Of a DNA stretch of 64,000 bases, positions 11,594 through 22,508 are shown one piece after another; positions within the stretch are counted from its first letter, which is position 1, and each line of letters starts with the position of its first letter. The notes beneath the pieces are model-generated. The model was not told where the DNA came from, did not search any database, and saw nothing but the letters and a program-made list of their open reading frames with translations. The stretch comes from Candidatus Poribacteria bacterium. Lineage in GTDB: Bacteria; Poribacteria; WGA-4E; UBA9662. The position numbers and the translations under genes are program-made. The stretch covers positions 1-64,000 of the forward strand of contig JAYZAL010000021.1 in NCBI GenBank assembly GCA_036339735.1, read 5' to 3'.

Positions 11594-12086
11594 TTTATGC
11601 TCCTATTCTAAATTCGTTTACGAGGTAAACACCTGTAAAATCACCCTCACTTTTGTATTCATCGGTTATAAGTAAATGAGACTCACTTAATATATTGGCG
11701 TCTGTGATCAGGAGGAAAATTTCTTCTCTCCTCCGATATTAAGAATTGGTTTCTAGATTTTGAACACCATTCTTTACAGTCTCAGTGTTATATTCATTAT
11801 AATCAATACGAATTAATGTTGATCCTACTACTCGATTTGTAACAAATTCACTATTTCCCGTCAAGGACAACTCCAATGTTACCTGTTCATATTTCTAGCA
11901 TCTGTAATTTAAGACACATATGGTTTGGATTTTTATTCAGTGTGTATGGAATTTCTAGAGTAATAAAAAAAGACCAGATTTGTTACTTTGAAAATCAGAT
12001 TGGCATGCCTCTCAATCGATTAACGTTTGTCAATCATTTCTGCGGAACGAAATAAGCCTTATACCCTATTAACCAAGGAGAAAAAT

Positions 12087-12839
12087 ATGACAGAACAAGA
12101 ACGTTACCTTTTCGATTTGCAAGGCTTTTTAGTAATACCAAACGCTCTAAGATCGGAAACAGTTAGCCTGCTTAATCAATTGATGGATGCAAAAATCTCG
12201 GAATCTTGTGTGCCAAATATGAAAACGCACCGATTTGTCGGTCTATTAGATTGGGGCTATGCTTATAGAGAACTAATTGATAATCCCAAAGTATATGACT
12301 ACTTAGAGGAACTTCTGGGGACAAATTTCCGGCTCGACCATGATTACGCGGATATTATTCGTTCGGATAAAGGACCCATAGGTACGACTTTGCATGGCGG
12401 AGGTACTCCCTTTAATCCAAGCATGTATTACCATTTTGCCAATGGACGAATGTACAATGGTCTAACAGTTGTAGCCTACAATTTACAGGACGTTAATCCT
12501 GGAGATGGTGGATTCGGTTGTGTCCCTGGTAGCCATAAGAGCAATTACGATTTTCCTGATGAATGGAGACAATTAGAAAATTGCCATCCGATTATTACTC
12601 ATGTTGTCGGACCAGCTGGAACTGCAGTTATTTTTACTGAGGCACTAACTCACGGTACACTACCGTGGACAGGTTCTAATGAAAGGCGAACGCTTTTTTA
12701 TAAATACAGCCCACATCCTGTGTCATGGGCTGCTAGTTACTATGATGAAACTTTGTTCAACGACTTGAGTAATAAGCAAAAAGACATTCTGGAGCCCCCA
12801 AATGCTCGCTACAGTAACAGGCAAAGCCGTAAGCAGTAA
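12087..12839 (+). CDS. PhyH-family dioxygenase, HGG (HxG) variant
   Basis: ATG at 12087 after AAGGAG; YLFDLQGF, LHGGG, VPGSHK, AGTAVIFTEALTHGT, ERR. Confidence 0.88.
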   Translation: MTEQERYLFDLQGFLVIPNALRSETVSLLNQLMDAKISESCVPNMKTHRFVGLLDWGYAYRELIDNPKVYDYLEELLGTNFRLDHDYADIIRSDKGPIGTTLHGGGTPFNPSMYYHFANGRMYNGLTVVAYNLQDVNPGDGGFGCVPGSHKSNYDFPDEWRQLENCHPIITHVVGPAGTAVIFTEALTHGTLPWTGSNERRTLFYKYSPHPVSWAASYYDETLFNDLSNKQKDILEPPNARYSNRQSRKQ

Positions 12840-12848
12840 GTTGGTTGT

Positions 12849-14333
12849 CTACAATAAATAGAGGCGCCTGTATTTATTCTCAATGTAGTTGAGAAATGGA
12901 TCAGGTGAAGGTGGAGATCCTGTTATTTCTTCTATCAACTCCGCAGCTGGTGATAGAGACCCCTTTTGGTGGATGTTTTCTCTTAACCATGATTGAATTT
13001 GAGACCAGTCCGCTGATTCAATCAACACGTCAATATCACCTAATTGTTCAGACATTGTTTTTAGTAACTGAGCAGCATACAGATTTCCTAGTGTATAAGT
13101 CGGGAAATAACCGAAAGCTGCCATCGACCAATGAATATCTTGTAAGCAACCATTGGCATCATTATTGACTTCAATTCCAAACCAATCTTTGAACATTTCG
13201 TTCCAAGTTTCTGGAATATTTTCGACGGGTAATTCCTGATTAAAAATAAGTTTTTCCATTTCATATCTGAGCATAATGTGAAGATTGTACGTAACTTCAT
13301 CAGACTCCACACGAATATAATCAGGTTTAACTTCATTGACCAGCAGATCGACTGTTTCGGCCTTCCAGTCTGGGAAGTTAGGAAACTCACTTTTTAGCCA
13401 AGGCAACGCTACTTTCCAAAATGATGTAGTCCGACCTATCTGGTTCTCCCATAATCTACTTTGCGACTCGTGAATACCAAGGGAGACTGACTCTCCTCTG
13501 GGAGAAAATGAATGTTCCTTGGGTAGACCTTGCTCATAAAGCCCATGCCCAGACTCATGCATCACGGCATACAGGCACGAAAAAGGATCTGTTTCGTCAA
13601 ATCTAGTGGTGAAACGTGTGTCGTTCGGCCAAAGGCCTGCGCAGAAAGGGTGTGTCGACTGGTCCATTCTTCCCGCCTCAAAATCGAATCCCATTTTACT
13701 TGATACCTTGGAACAAAATTTTTCTTGCTTGTCAGTACTAAATACGATTTCGGGTGGTAGTTTTGGCAAATCAACTTTAGAATTGGTAATCTCGTTTAAG
13801 AGAGGTACAAGCCTGGATTTCAATCCAAGAAATAGTGGATCATAATCATCCACCGTCATACCCATTTCGTAATCATCTAACAAAACATCGTAGGGGGTAG
13901 TTTGAACTCCCAAGTAGTTTATCTTTTGTCGAGTCAAGGAAATTAGTGTCTCCAAATGAGGAGAAAATAAAGAAAAGTCTGATTCTGCACGAGCGTGTTC
14001 CCATTTTACTAAGGCTACACTACGCGCTTTGGTAAATCGAGCAACAAACTCTTCTGGTAACTTAATTGCTTTATCATATTCTCTCCTCATCTCTTTTACA
14101 TTGATGGATAAATCTCTATCTAGTTCTTCTTGTTCCAATTTGGATAGTAATTCTGCAAATTCAGGATCGCACAATCTTGAATGTCTTTCTGCAGCTAACC
14201 AAGCCATCATTTCTCCACGTGATTCTGCCCCTTTAGTCGGCATAAAAGTTTTTTGGTCCCACCCCAAATGACCAAGTAGAGCAGAAAATTTATATAAGTC
14301 GTTAACCTTTCTCATAAATTTGACTGAGCTCAT
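12849..14333 (-). CDS. M32 family carboxypeptidase (carboxypeptidase Taq)
   Basis: LGWDQ, HPF, HESGH, HESQ, IRVESDE, QDIHW, GYFPTYTLG; start set to ATG 14333 (AGGA upstream). Confidence 0.93.
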   Translation of the reverse strand: MSSVKFMRKVNDLYKFSALLGHLGWDQKTFMPTKGAESRGEMMAWLAAERHSRLCDPEFAELLSKLEQEELDRDLSINVKEMRREYDKAIKLPEEFVARFTKARSVALVKWEHARAESDFSLFSPHLETLISLTRQKINYLGVQTTPYDVLLDDYEMGMTVDDYDPLFLGLKSRLVPLLNEITNSKVDLPKLPPEIVFSTDKQEKFCSKVSSKMGFDFEAGRMDQSTHPFCAGLWPNDTRFTTRFDETDPFSCLYAVMHESGHGLYEQGLPKEHSFSPRGESVSLGIHESQSRLWENQIGRTTSFWKVALPWLKSEFPNFPDWKAETVDLLVNEVKPDYIRVESDEVTYNLHIMLRYEMEKLIFNQELPVENIPETWNEMFKDWFGIEVNNDANGCLQDIHWSMAAFGYFPTYTLGNLYAAQLLKTMSEQLGDIDVLIESADWSQIQSWLRENIHQKGSLSPAAELIEEITGSPPSPDPFLNYIENKYRRLYLL

Positions 14334-14508
14334 ATTAATTCCTATAGAATATAGTACATGTTTATTACCGAAATTTATTAAAAAACATATCAGCTTATCC
14401 GAAGCGCTTGCGAATTCAGATAAACTAAATCTCAAGACCCTTTTTAATCAGAAATATAGCCTGGATAGGTGCTAAAAAGTACGCGATATTGAGCAGTTAG
14501 ATGATTTT

Positions 14509-15582
14509 CTAGATCACTTCCAAGTAATCTCGATCAGGATGAGGTGGAAATGGAACTGTAGGTAAGGTTTGATACCAATACGCCACCGATGCGATATCGT
14601 CTTGTAAAGGAAGATATCGTCGGCCGCTACGCCAACCTAATGCCTGAATAGTTATACGTAAATCTTCTTCAAAACGAATTGGATCAGTAATATGCCATCT
14701 ATACATTCCAAATCGTTGTTGGGATTGATAGACACCATCCGGTTTGATTACCTGAGGTAGACCGGCGTAAGGAGTAGTGAATTCGCGATAACCATCGACA
14801 TCAAAGTTATAAGAACCACAAAAATAGTCTTCTGTTCCTGTTCCACAAATAGTTGGAAATTCATCATCCCCATCAATATAGAACTTAATTTCGCCTTCTC
14901 CCCACCAACCAGTATTGTTTACTCCCCAAGCCATATAGGTTCCCACATATTGCCCCCAGCCTTTAACTTCATCCAGAATAGTATAAACTTCCTTGTAAGG
15001 AAGTGGATTAGTTCTTCTGAACTGAGCATGAAAGTATGCTGCATCTGATGGTATGTCGGTTAACGTGTAGTTGATTTGGTAGTAGAGCGTCATGTCATCA
15101 TTGGCAATATTTGTCATTGTCATTCGACAACGTTGTCGAAATGGCATCTCCCAGTAACAATTGAACGCACTACCAGGATTGACACAAACTGCTAATGAAC
15201 TGATTTGTGCATATTTATTCCAACCACAAGCAAAGAAGTCACCAACAGGACATTCAACTGATGGAATTTCAGCATCATCCCAGTAAATGCGTAAAATGCT
15301 ATGTCGCCAGTGTCCGGTCGGCGTCATCCAAATTTGCTGAATTGCACCAGGCCCTTCAATGCTGGCCAACTCAATAGTTTCTCCCGACTTAATCTGAATT
15401 GAAGGTGAAATTTTCCAACCTTGTCCTAACTCTCGAGCGCAACCTTCACCTGTGCCTGAAGTCGCCATACCTCCTTTACCTTTTTCTCCAGTAAAGTTTT
15501 CCGGACTGATTGATCTAGTTTTAGCAGTCGATAAGCGTGAAATGTTACCGAGATGAAGTCCTAACCCATTAAATTGAGACAT
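14509..15582 (-). CDS. DUF2961 family glycoside hydrolase (GH172-like)
   Basis: SPENFTGEKGKGG, GPGAIQQIW, PVGDFF, WWGEGE, GTGTEDYF, YRWHITDPI. Confidence 0.88.
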   Translation of the reverse strand: MSQFNGLGLHLGNISRLSTAKTRSISPENFTGEKGKGGMATSGTGEGCARELGQGWKISPSIQIKSGETIELASIEGPGAIQQIWMTPTGHWRHSILRIYWDDAEIPSVECPVGDFFACGWNKYAQISSLAVCVNPGSAFNCYWEMPFRQRCRMTMTNIANDDMTLYYQINYTLTDIPSDAAYFHAQFRRTNPLPYKEVYTILDEVKGWGQYVGTYMAWGVNNTGWWGEGEIKFYIDGDDEFPTICGTGTEDYFCGSYNFDVDGYREFTTPYAGLPQVIKPDGVYQSQQRFGMYRWHITDPIRFEEDLRITIQALGWRSGRRYLPLQDDIASVAYWYQTLPTVPFPPHPDRDYLEVI

Positions 15583-15690
15583 AACTAATACGTTTTCCTT
15601 CTAGCTTTTTCTTGTCAAGATTTTTATTCTATTTTAAGGATTGATGAATGGTACTGTATTGGAAAATTCACTGAATTTTGAAACGAATGC

Positions 15691-16809
15691 TTAATCAACA
15701 ATTATCTCCGTGTAAGGAGTACTTACATAAGCACCCCTTTGGTCTTCTATTGCTAGAAAACATACTGCTGCTCTATCTGGTATTGGGGCCTCAATACCAT
15801 CACTATTAATCAACTTAGCTGAGGCTTGTTCCCATTGTCGATTCATCCATGGGTTTGTATCCTCTGTAAAAAGTAGATAACCATCCTGAATGCTACTGAG
15901 TCCGGTAATATCTGCTTTTATAACGTTGCCTCTTGTCTCAATATTTTTGATAGTTGGTAGTGGTACCCCTTCAGATAGATGTTGATCGGCGAAAATACTT
16001 ATTTCTATTGGATTCCAACCATCCTCATGGCTATGTGGCATGTCCAACCTGATACAACGAGTTACTTCGCCTACCGGCAATTTACAACTCTTTTCTAGAC
16101 TATCAAGGGGGTAAGCAAAGTCATTGGTACCAGATACAAATAACATCGGCATTGATGCTGATGTTAAGTATACAGAAGGGTCACACTTATCATGCCACTC
16201 CTGTCTTTGCTCGGGGGACATAGCAGCGAAAATTTTCATCCAGTCATCTGCACTATTTTGTTGTAAAAAACCGCATCCGTAAACAGGAATAGCACAAGCG
16301 AATCTTGAGTCTATGCCAGATGCAATACAGGTCAGGTATCCTCCCCAACTAATGCCAGTGATCCCAACACGTAAAGGATCAACAGTTGGTATGCTACGCA
16401 ACAAACTATTTGACCGAACTACCGCTGCTATAGATTGATAAGTCCACATATCTTGCCAATCAGATGTAGTACTAAACTTGGCGCCGTGATCCTGATCGGG
16501 CCCCCCGGTTGACAACCGATTTCCACTTTCGTCTCGCCCACTTAAATCCATAGCAATAGCTGCGTAACCTCGACTAACCCAAATTTCAACCCATTCCTTG
16601 AAGGCGGTTCCACCCCCGCCATGTACACAAACCATACCAGGTATTGAGTGTCCTTGTGGAAAAGTTGGAACTCCAAGGTAGGCAAAAACCTCGGTTGGCT
16701 GACCTAGATAGGTTTCATTCTTGAACAGTATTGATTGGATCGAACCATCAGTACTGATAATCTTATGTTGGACTGGAGAAAAAAGCTCTTCGATATTCCA
16801 GTTACTCAT
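15691..16809 (-). CDS. Alpha/beta hydrolase (acetyl esterase-like)
   Basis: VHGGGG, GISWGG nucleophile elbow, GTNDF, HSH. Confidence 0.8.
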   Translation of the reverse strand: MSNWNIEELFSPVQHKIISTDGSIQSILFKNETYLGQPTEVFAYLGVPTFPQGHSIPGMVCVHGGGGTAFKEWVEIWVSRGYAAIAMDLSGRDESGNRLSTGGPDQDHGAKFSTTSDWQDMWTYQSIAAVVRSNSLLRSIPTVDPLRVGITGISWGGYLTCIASGIDSRFACAIPVYGCGFLQQNSADDWMKIFAAMSPEQRQEWHDKCDPSVYLTSASMPMLFVSGTNDFAYPLDSLEKSCKLPVGEVTRCIRLDMPHSHEDGWNPIEISIFADQHLSEGVPLPTIKNIETRGNVIKADITGLSSIQDGYLLFTEDTNPWMNRQWEQASAKLINSDGIEAPIPDRAAVCFLAIEDQRGAYVSTPYTEIIVD

Positions 16810-16850
16810 TTTTATTTTTCAGGCCTATAATTTTAGGTTAAACAAATTGT

Positions 16851-17714
16851 TCAGCTTGGCTGTTGGTAATCATATGGTTGATTGCGGAAGATATAATCTA
16901 TCGGCTCATCTATAAACTGAGCATTGGCATCTAAGTCCGAGTTCTCGAAGGCTAACTCACAGCCTTTCTGAAATTTCAACTTAGCTCCCGAGTTATACCA
17001 AGCTGTTCGATGAATCATTGCAATCATTGGCCTTGGTAAATCTGAATTGTTTGGCAAACCACGATGCCACAACCGATCATCTCTAATTAAAACATCGCCT
17101 TTTTCTGTATTTGCCCTAATTGGAGGTGCTATTTTTTCTCGTCTATCTAAATCAGATTTGTTGATTTTAATACTCGAGCTTTCAGGTGTAATAACCATTT
17201 CACGATGAGAACCGGGCCAAAGTTCAATACTTCCATTTTCTTCAGTTACTTTCACTGGAGGTACATTGATAATAAGCGCTGCCGGTGGATGAGCTGATTG
17301 TTGTTTAACCCACAGTTGCTGACCATCAGTATGGACAGGTTGTATTCCACTTCCGGGCAGATTAGTATTACCACTGAAGTATGTGTTTTTGACACCCAAT
17401 CCCAAAATTGATTGGGTAACTTGAACTACCAAAGGGTTAGCAACTAACTCAGGAAAAATATATGGGGCAAACGGAGGCGCATCTTGTTGTAAGTGTCCAG
17501 GCACAAAGTTAACCGGTAGAACTCTGTCAGAAGAATTCAGTAAAGTATCCAAATCAACCATCATTCGCTCAAATAGCATATCTAGTAGGTGGGTTGGAAT
17601 CACCTGGCCTAGAATAACGAACCCGTCCTTCTGAATAGACTGAAGAGTTTGTGATAAATGTTCAGCGGTAAGTTGACGATTATCAATCTCTGTGGAGGTG
17701 ACTTCAATTTTCAT
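16851..17714 (-). CDS. PhyH-family dioxygenase (canonical HxD)
   Basis: QPVHTD, NGSIELWPGSH, GDVLIRD.RLWHRG, RPM. Confidence 0.9.
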   Translation of the reverse strand: MKIEVTSTEIDNRQLTAEHLSQTLQSIQKDGFVILGQVIPTHLLDMLFERMMVDLDTLLNSSDRVLPVNFVPGHLQQDAPPFAPYIFPELVANPLVVQVTQSILGLGVKNTYFSGNTNLPGSGIQPVHTDGQQLWVKQQSAHPPAALIINVPPVKVTEENGSIELWPGSHREMVITPESSSIKINKSDLDRREKIAPPIRANTEKGDVLIRDDRLWHRGLPNNSDLPRPMIAMIHRTAWYNSGAKLKFQKGCELAFENSDLDANAQFIDEPIDYIFRNQPYDYQQPS

Positions 17715-17917
17715 ATTCAGTAAGACCTAATAGAATAAAAGTTAGAGTATTGAGAAGGAAATCAACCAAACTATGACACTAACCGTAAATTTTCTTTGTT
17801 TTTTCCTAAATTCATTTCAATTTGAAAGATAATTCAGAGATGTCTACACTTCTTTTTCTGAAAGAGGTTGAGCAAAGGTTCTATTAAAATTTGTCCTATT
17901 CAACACATTCTGACTAT

Positions 17918-18301
17918 TTAGCTATCACCTGATTCTACTTGCCCACCAGCTTTTTTCCAAGTTTCTATCCCTCCTAGATTTTGAACATACCTGTAACCGA
18001 TTTTTAACAATATTTTGCGTGCTTTTTCAGACCTAGCACCCGACCGGCAATAAGTATAAATCTGATCTTTTAAATCAATATCTGGTATCTTGCCACTTTG
18101 TAAATCACTAAGTGGGATATGTCGAGCACCTGTGGCTCTGATTTTCTCATATTCTCCTTTCGTTCTAACATCCAATAAAATAGCCTGACCCGAATTAACT
18201 CGCTCCACTATTTGATTTAATGAGGACGACTGTTTGCCAGTAGAACAGCCATGCATCAATATTACAAAAAAAACTAATAATCCAATTCCTTGAATTCTCA
18301 T
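17918..18301 (-). CDS. Rhodanese-domain lipoprotein
   Basis: Lipobox-like MHGC, LLDVRT..EY, active-site CRSGAR, NLGG. Confidence 0.88.
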   Translation of the reverse strand: MRIQGIGLLVFFVILMHGCSTGKQSSSLNQIVERVNSGQAILLDVRTKGEYEKIRATGARHIPLSDLQSGKIPDIDLKDQIYTYCRSGARSEKARKILLKIGYRYVQNLGGIETWKKAGGQVESGDS

Positions 18302-18723
18302 AATCCCTTGGTATCTATTGACCGACGTTGTTTTTTGATATGGCTCCTATGCTTTTTCGATTCTAGTCTCCGTAACTGAGCGGCTTGTGTCGGTTTAGTT
18401 TTTCGGCGATACTTCGGTTTTTCCAATGACTTTTTTAGAAGTTTAACTAACCTTTCCATGGCATCAGTCCTATTTCTTAGTTGACTAGAAAACCTTCTAG
18501 CATCAATGGATAGAATCCCTGATTGGCTCATTTTACTTCCAGCGATTTCTTGTAACCGTTTGAATACAATCTTGTCTATCGTAGAACATTTTGCGGCATC
18601 GAATCGAAGATGAACAGCGGTGGAAACCTTATTGATATTTTGCCCACCAGGTCCGGAAGAACGAATAAATGAAAATTCTATACATTTAGGATCTATCAAT
18701 AGATCCGGTGTGATTTCTATCAT
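18298..18723 (-). CDS. arfB: Alternative ribosome-rescue peptidyl-tRNA hydrolase ArfB (YaeJ)
   Basis: RSSGPGGQNINKVST, SQLRNR, basic C-tail RRKTKPT...RRLESKK. Confidence 0.93.
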   Translation of the reverse strand: MIEITPDLLIDPKCIEFSFIRSSGPGGQNINKVSTAVHLRFDAAKCSTIDKIVFKRLQEIAGSKMSQSGILSIDARRFSSQLRNRTDAMERLVKLLKKSLEKPKYRRKTKPTQAAQLRRLESKKHRSHIKKQRRSIDTKGL

Positions 18724-19313
18724 GGTTTATCTACAACTTTTTAACCAATTTAAACTCTTCTTTTTTACGCGACATAGCAAGCGCCGCAACAATTTTAGAT
18801 GGGCAGGAAACAAATCCGATGTGTACCTTTTTAGACTTCAATATTTCTACTCTGTGAAAATCATCATAACATCAACTCAATTGTTTTTCAAGTTTTCGGG
18901 TGTGAAATTGACGTCTTGACGAGTTAGAGATTCTAGGCAAGAATTTACTTCCATCGGTATTATCCAGAACAGAATAAGAACTAATTTATTGGTAATTTTG
19001 AGTAAGTGATTAAGAATGGATCGTGTAAATGACCGATATGAAAAACGGATGAGAGTTAAGAGAATAAGCTTGAAGCCTTAGGTTAATTGAACAGAACTTA
19101 AAAGTTATAGCAAGGAAAAGGTATCAACTATTGATAATACTCACTCGATTAACTATAAGGTAACGTAACATTACATTGGAAAAATTTAGCTACTTTCATA
19201 CTTGGAGTTATCAACCTACAACTCGATGATTTCCAATTCTTATATCTTTGTGGACTTGGTTGACAACATTTGCTAAGATGACTCAGTTCTCTCTAAGATT
19301 AATCAATTACAAC

Positions 19314-20156
19314 ATGAAATCATTATTACACATTGGTCTACTTCTATTCTTTGGTTTATATAGTCTCACAGCTCAACCCTTTTTTGAGATCCAACCTACT
19401 AATAATGCCCCCCAGGGATTTGAGCGCGTGTTCACCAAACAGGTTGAAATTTTTGGTATCTCTATCTTTGCTACAGCCAAAACACCTGATTCTAAGTTAC
19501 TACATGCGGGGGGACTTCTGGCTCAATACCTAGATAATGACAACGATGGTCAACCTGATAATCAATTAGTGATCCAAGCCATTCAACGGAGTAAAGGGGC
19601 AGTCGTAATGTCAGCCACTAGGCAAGAAGCAGATGAAATTGATGTCCATCGATATATTCCGGAAAAGATCTGGGATAACATGACCATCTTGGGACTCCAT
19701 GCTGAGGATACACACCCCCAGGGTGCTAGTCGTGCTGTGTTTGATACGGCTTACGAAGAGATCCTACACTTGATTACCTCAGCCGGATACGCCAAGGCCT
19801 ATCCGGATATTTTTGGTGAAAAACGGGGTACTGCTATTGCCTTAGCCATGGACCAAGCTAGAGGCGGTTACTTTCGGCGGGCACCGAAGAAATATCCGGA
19901 CCGAGCTTGGTATACTTACAATGAAAGAAGTTGTGATTATGGCTGTCAAATCACCGAATACATCTATTGGGGGATTACCTCGATCCTTGGGGCGCAGGAT
20001 TTTCCGGGGCGGTTGGATAATATCTCTCAAGAATGGAGATTAAACACCGCTGCTAAGGTTAAGGCAGGAGATCCAACACTTTACCAACTGTTGACAGACC
20101 CTCAGTACGCATTTCCGACTAAGTTGCCGGATGGAAAATATAAACCACAGCCTTAA
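19314..20156 (+). CDS. Secreted hypothetical protein, possible zincin-like metalloprotein (EExxH)
   Basis: Signal peptide MKSLLHIGLLLFF...TAQ, Ca-loop-like LDNDNDG, YEEILH, CDYGC, TEY. Confidence 0.6.
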   Translation: MKSLLHIGLLLFFGLYSLTAQPFFEIQPTNNAPQGFERVFTKQVEIFGISIFATAKTPDSKLLHAGGLLAQYLDNDNDGQPDNQLVIQAIQRSKGAVVMSATRQEADEIDVHRYIPEKIWDNMTILGLHAEDTHPQGASRAVFDTAYEEILHLITSAGYAKAYPDIFGEKRGTAIALAMDQARGGYFRRAPKKYPDRAWYTYNERSCDYGCQITEYIYWGITSILGAQDFPGRLDNISQEWRLNTAAKVKAGDPTLYQLLTDPQYAFPTKLPDGKYKPQP

Positions 20157-20242
20157 CCACAGATAATTACTGATTCGAAGTTTGATTCATCTGCTAAACT
20201 ATAAAAAAGCCACTATTCTAATGAACAGTGGCTATGGCTGGA

Positions 20243-20818
20243 TTATTGGTTGGTTTCTATTTCAGTTGTTGACGTTTGACCTGGTGTGGTGTAACGTCTC
20301 TTCCCTCTTCCTCTGAATCCTCGCCGTCCCCCCTTCTTCTTTTGGGGTTTTTTCAGGCCAAAGCCTTCTAACATGCTATGGACCTGATTTCGGATCTCTC
20401 GACGATCGGTGCCCGCTTCACGCATCTCTTTAACCTTAGCATCTACTTGAGATTTTTGTTCTTCTGTCAACTGATCCAATGGATTCTGTCTTTTGGCTCT
20501 TCCTTTACCTTTTCGTTGAGTAGGCTCAACACCGAAATTCTGCATCATTTGGTCGACCGTCTGTTTGATTGCCTTGGGCGTGGATTCTGCTTCTTTCATT
20601 TGACTGACTTTACTTTTAATAGTTTTCCGCTGTTCAACTGTCAGTTGGGAGTGTTGTTTATCTTTAGATATTTTAACTTTATGACGTTCGGTTCTGGTTT
20701 TCTGACCGCGAGGGTGCCCATCTCGACCTCTGGCTTGAACTAAGGGAGAAATAGTTATAATCACTGTTAACAAAGATAGGAACAAGTTGAATTTACGTAG
20801 CATGATTGAATACCTCAT
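20243..20818 (-). CDS. Secreted basic helical protein with two LTxEQ repeats (Spy/CpxP-like)
   Basis: Signal peptide; QLTVEQRK...FG and QLTEEQKS...FG internal repeat; Arg/Gly/Lys-rich linkers. Confidence 0.55.
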   Translation of the reverse strand: MRYSIMLRKFNLFLSLLTVIITISPLVQARGRDGHPRGQKTRTERHKVKISKDKQHSQLTVEQRKTIKSKVSQMKEAESTPKAIKQTVDQMMQNFGVEPTQRKGKGRAKRQNPLDQLTEEQKSQVDAKVKEMREAGTDRREIRNQVHSMLEGFGLKKPQKKKGGRRGFRGRGKRRYTTPGQTSTTEIETNQ

Positions 20819-20963
20819 AATGGTTTATTGATCTTTACTTGGTCTGCGTTAGGTAAGACATCAAGTCAATTGAAAGGTTCGGAAAAAAGATCGAATGTGT
20901 TAGTATTAAGCCACAAGATTGAATAATACCAGTTAAGGTAGAAAGGGAATTATCATCCAGAAT

Positions 20964-21707
20964 TTGGCATTATTTTTGTTTGTTTTAGCTTCTTCAGCCT
21001 TTGCTCGGAAAGATCTGCCGATCGTATATAATTTCAACCAAAACCTTGAATCCAAGACCCCTTCTTTGAATCCGGAGTACTTGGTATTTTCGTCCCTCCA
21101 AGGATCCAGCGAGAAGGTGCCTTTACTGATTTATCTCCATGGGGCTGGTGGCGTTGGAGACCAGATAGAAAAAATCAAGGGTCAAGCTATGAGGGTCTGG
21201 AAGGGACTACAAAAATTTAATAAGGGAACATGTATAGTCGTTGCACCACAGTGCCGAAAAAGATGGGTGGTTCAAGATCTCAACTTATTTCTACAAAATT
21301 TGAAAGCCAATTTTCCGGTCGATAGCCGTAGAATTTATCTGACAGGTAACAGTATGGGAGGCTACGGGACTTGGGCGTGGGCAGCTCATAGTCCAGAACA
21401 CTTTGCGGCTGTTGCACCCGTTGTTGGCGGAATTGGCCCAAAAGGGCCGAAAGATGTAACACCAGATCTAGCCAAATGGGCAGCTAAACTAACTACAGTA
21501 CCAGTTTATGCCTTTGCTGGAGCCAAAGATAAAGTGGTACCAGCCGAACGATCAGAGAGAATGATTCTAGCCATTCGAGAAGCTGGAGGAAAGAAGGCAA
21601 AACTCAAAATTTATTCCAGTCAAGGTCATGCCGCCGGGCGGGTAGTTTTTTCGACCTCCGAGTTGTACGATTGGATGTTCGATCAACAAAGAGAAAATTC
21701 GAAATGA
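20964..21707 (+). CDS. Secreted alpha/beta hydrolase (predicted esterase/peptidase)
   Basis: PLLIYLHGAG, VVAPQC, RIYLTGNSMGGYGTW, D.VVP, GH. Confidence 0.85.
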   Translation: MALFLFVLASSAFARKDLPIVYNFNQNLESKTPSLNPEYLVFSSLQGSSEKVPLLIYLHGAGGVGDQIEKIKGQAMRVWKGLQKFNKGTCIVVAPQCRKRWVVQDLNLFLQNLKANFPVDSRRIYLTGNSMGGYGTWAWAAHSPEHFAAVAPVVGGIGPKGPKDVTPDLAKWAAKLTTVPVYAFAGAKDKVVPAERSERMILAIREAGGKKAKLKIYSSQGHAAGRVVFSTSELYDWMFDQQRENSK

Positions 21708-22078
21708 TCGGATAATTAGTTGCCAGAAATTTAAAAATTAGATGGAAGAGAATCAGAGACGAAAAAATAGGTTTCTATCCTGACAGGTTGGGGGAATTAC
21801 GAAAGAACGGTTGTTAGCTTTACAAAAATAAGGCCACAGCCCAATCCTACCGAATTTGCCTCGGTTTTTTATGCTTGTATATACCTAAACAGAGCAAACG
21901 GAATAATACCGAGAACGCCCCCAAAGTCGATCTCCAGAAGTTACTTTGATCCATCTTCAATGTGTAAATTAGGCTTCAAGACAGACTTTTTTATTACTGT
22001 TTCCCACCCGCTAAAGTTTGAGCCAGAATACTATTAACATTTGAATTTTGCTTAATTACAAAGAGTTAAGAAAGATAG

Positions 22079-22330
22079 TTAGTGATGGTCAATTATTTTC
22101 AGTCTGGACCAGGTCATAACTAATCTTTCTTTGGCTTCGATCGGTAAATTCGTTTTTAACATGTTTTTCATCAACTGATTGACTCCCTCCTCAGATAGCG
22201 AGCAGTTGAAGGCTACAATGTAATCCGACGTACCGGTCATCCATTAATCATCAATATCACAACCCCCGATAATACAACTCATTCACCTAATATCGAACTG
22301 GATATTAAATTTACCTCCATCATTTCTCGT
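22079..22330 (-). pseudogene. Decayed 3' remnant of a LamG-like secreted protein carrying the C-terminal W-tail
   Basis: My translation NDGGKFNIQFDIR*MSCIIGGCDIDD*WMTGTSDYIVAFNCSLSEEGVNQLMKNMLKTNLPIEAKERLVMTWSRLKIIDHH* aligns with the C-termini of 31733..32521 and 32551..33339; two internal stops. Confidence 0.65.
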
Positions 22331-22508
22331 TGTTAGGAATCCTTCCTTTATTGTATTAGATGCGTAGTTCGGATAGTTTCACTAAACTAGGTATCTAATT
22401 GTCCATAAAAAACTGTTATTTTCTCCGTAATTTACTAATTAGCAGGTAGTTTTCCTGTAAAAATCTAAAAAACTGTAGGATAGTGATTTGGAACATTTTT
22501 TGTATTTA

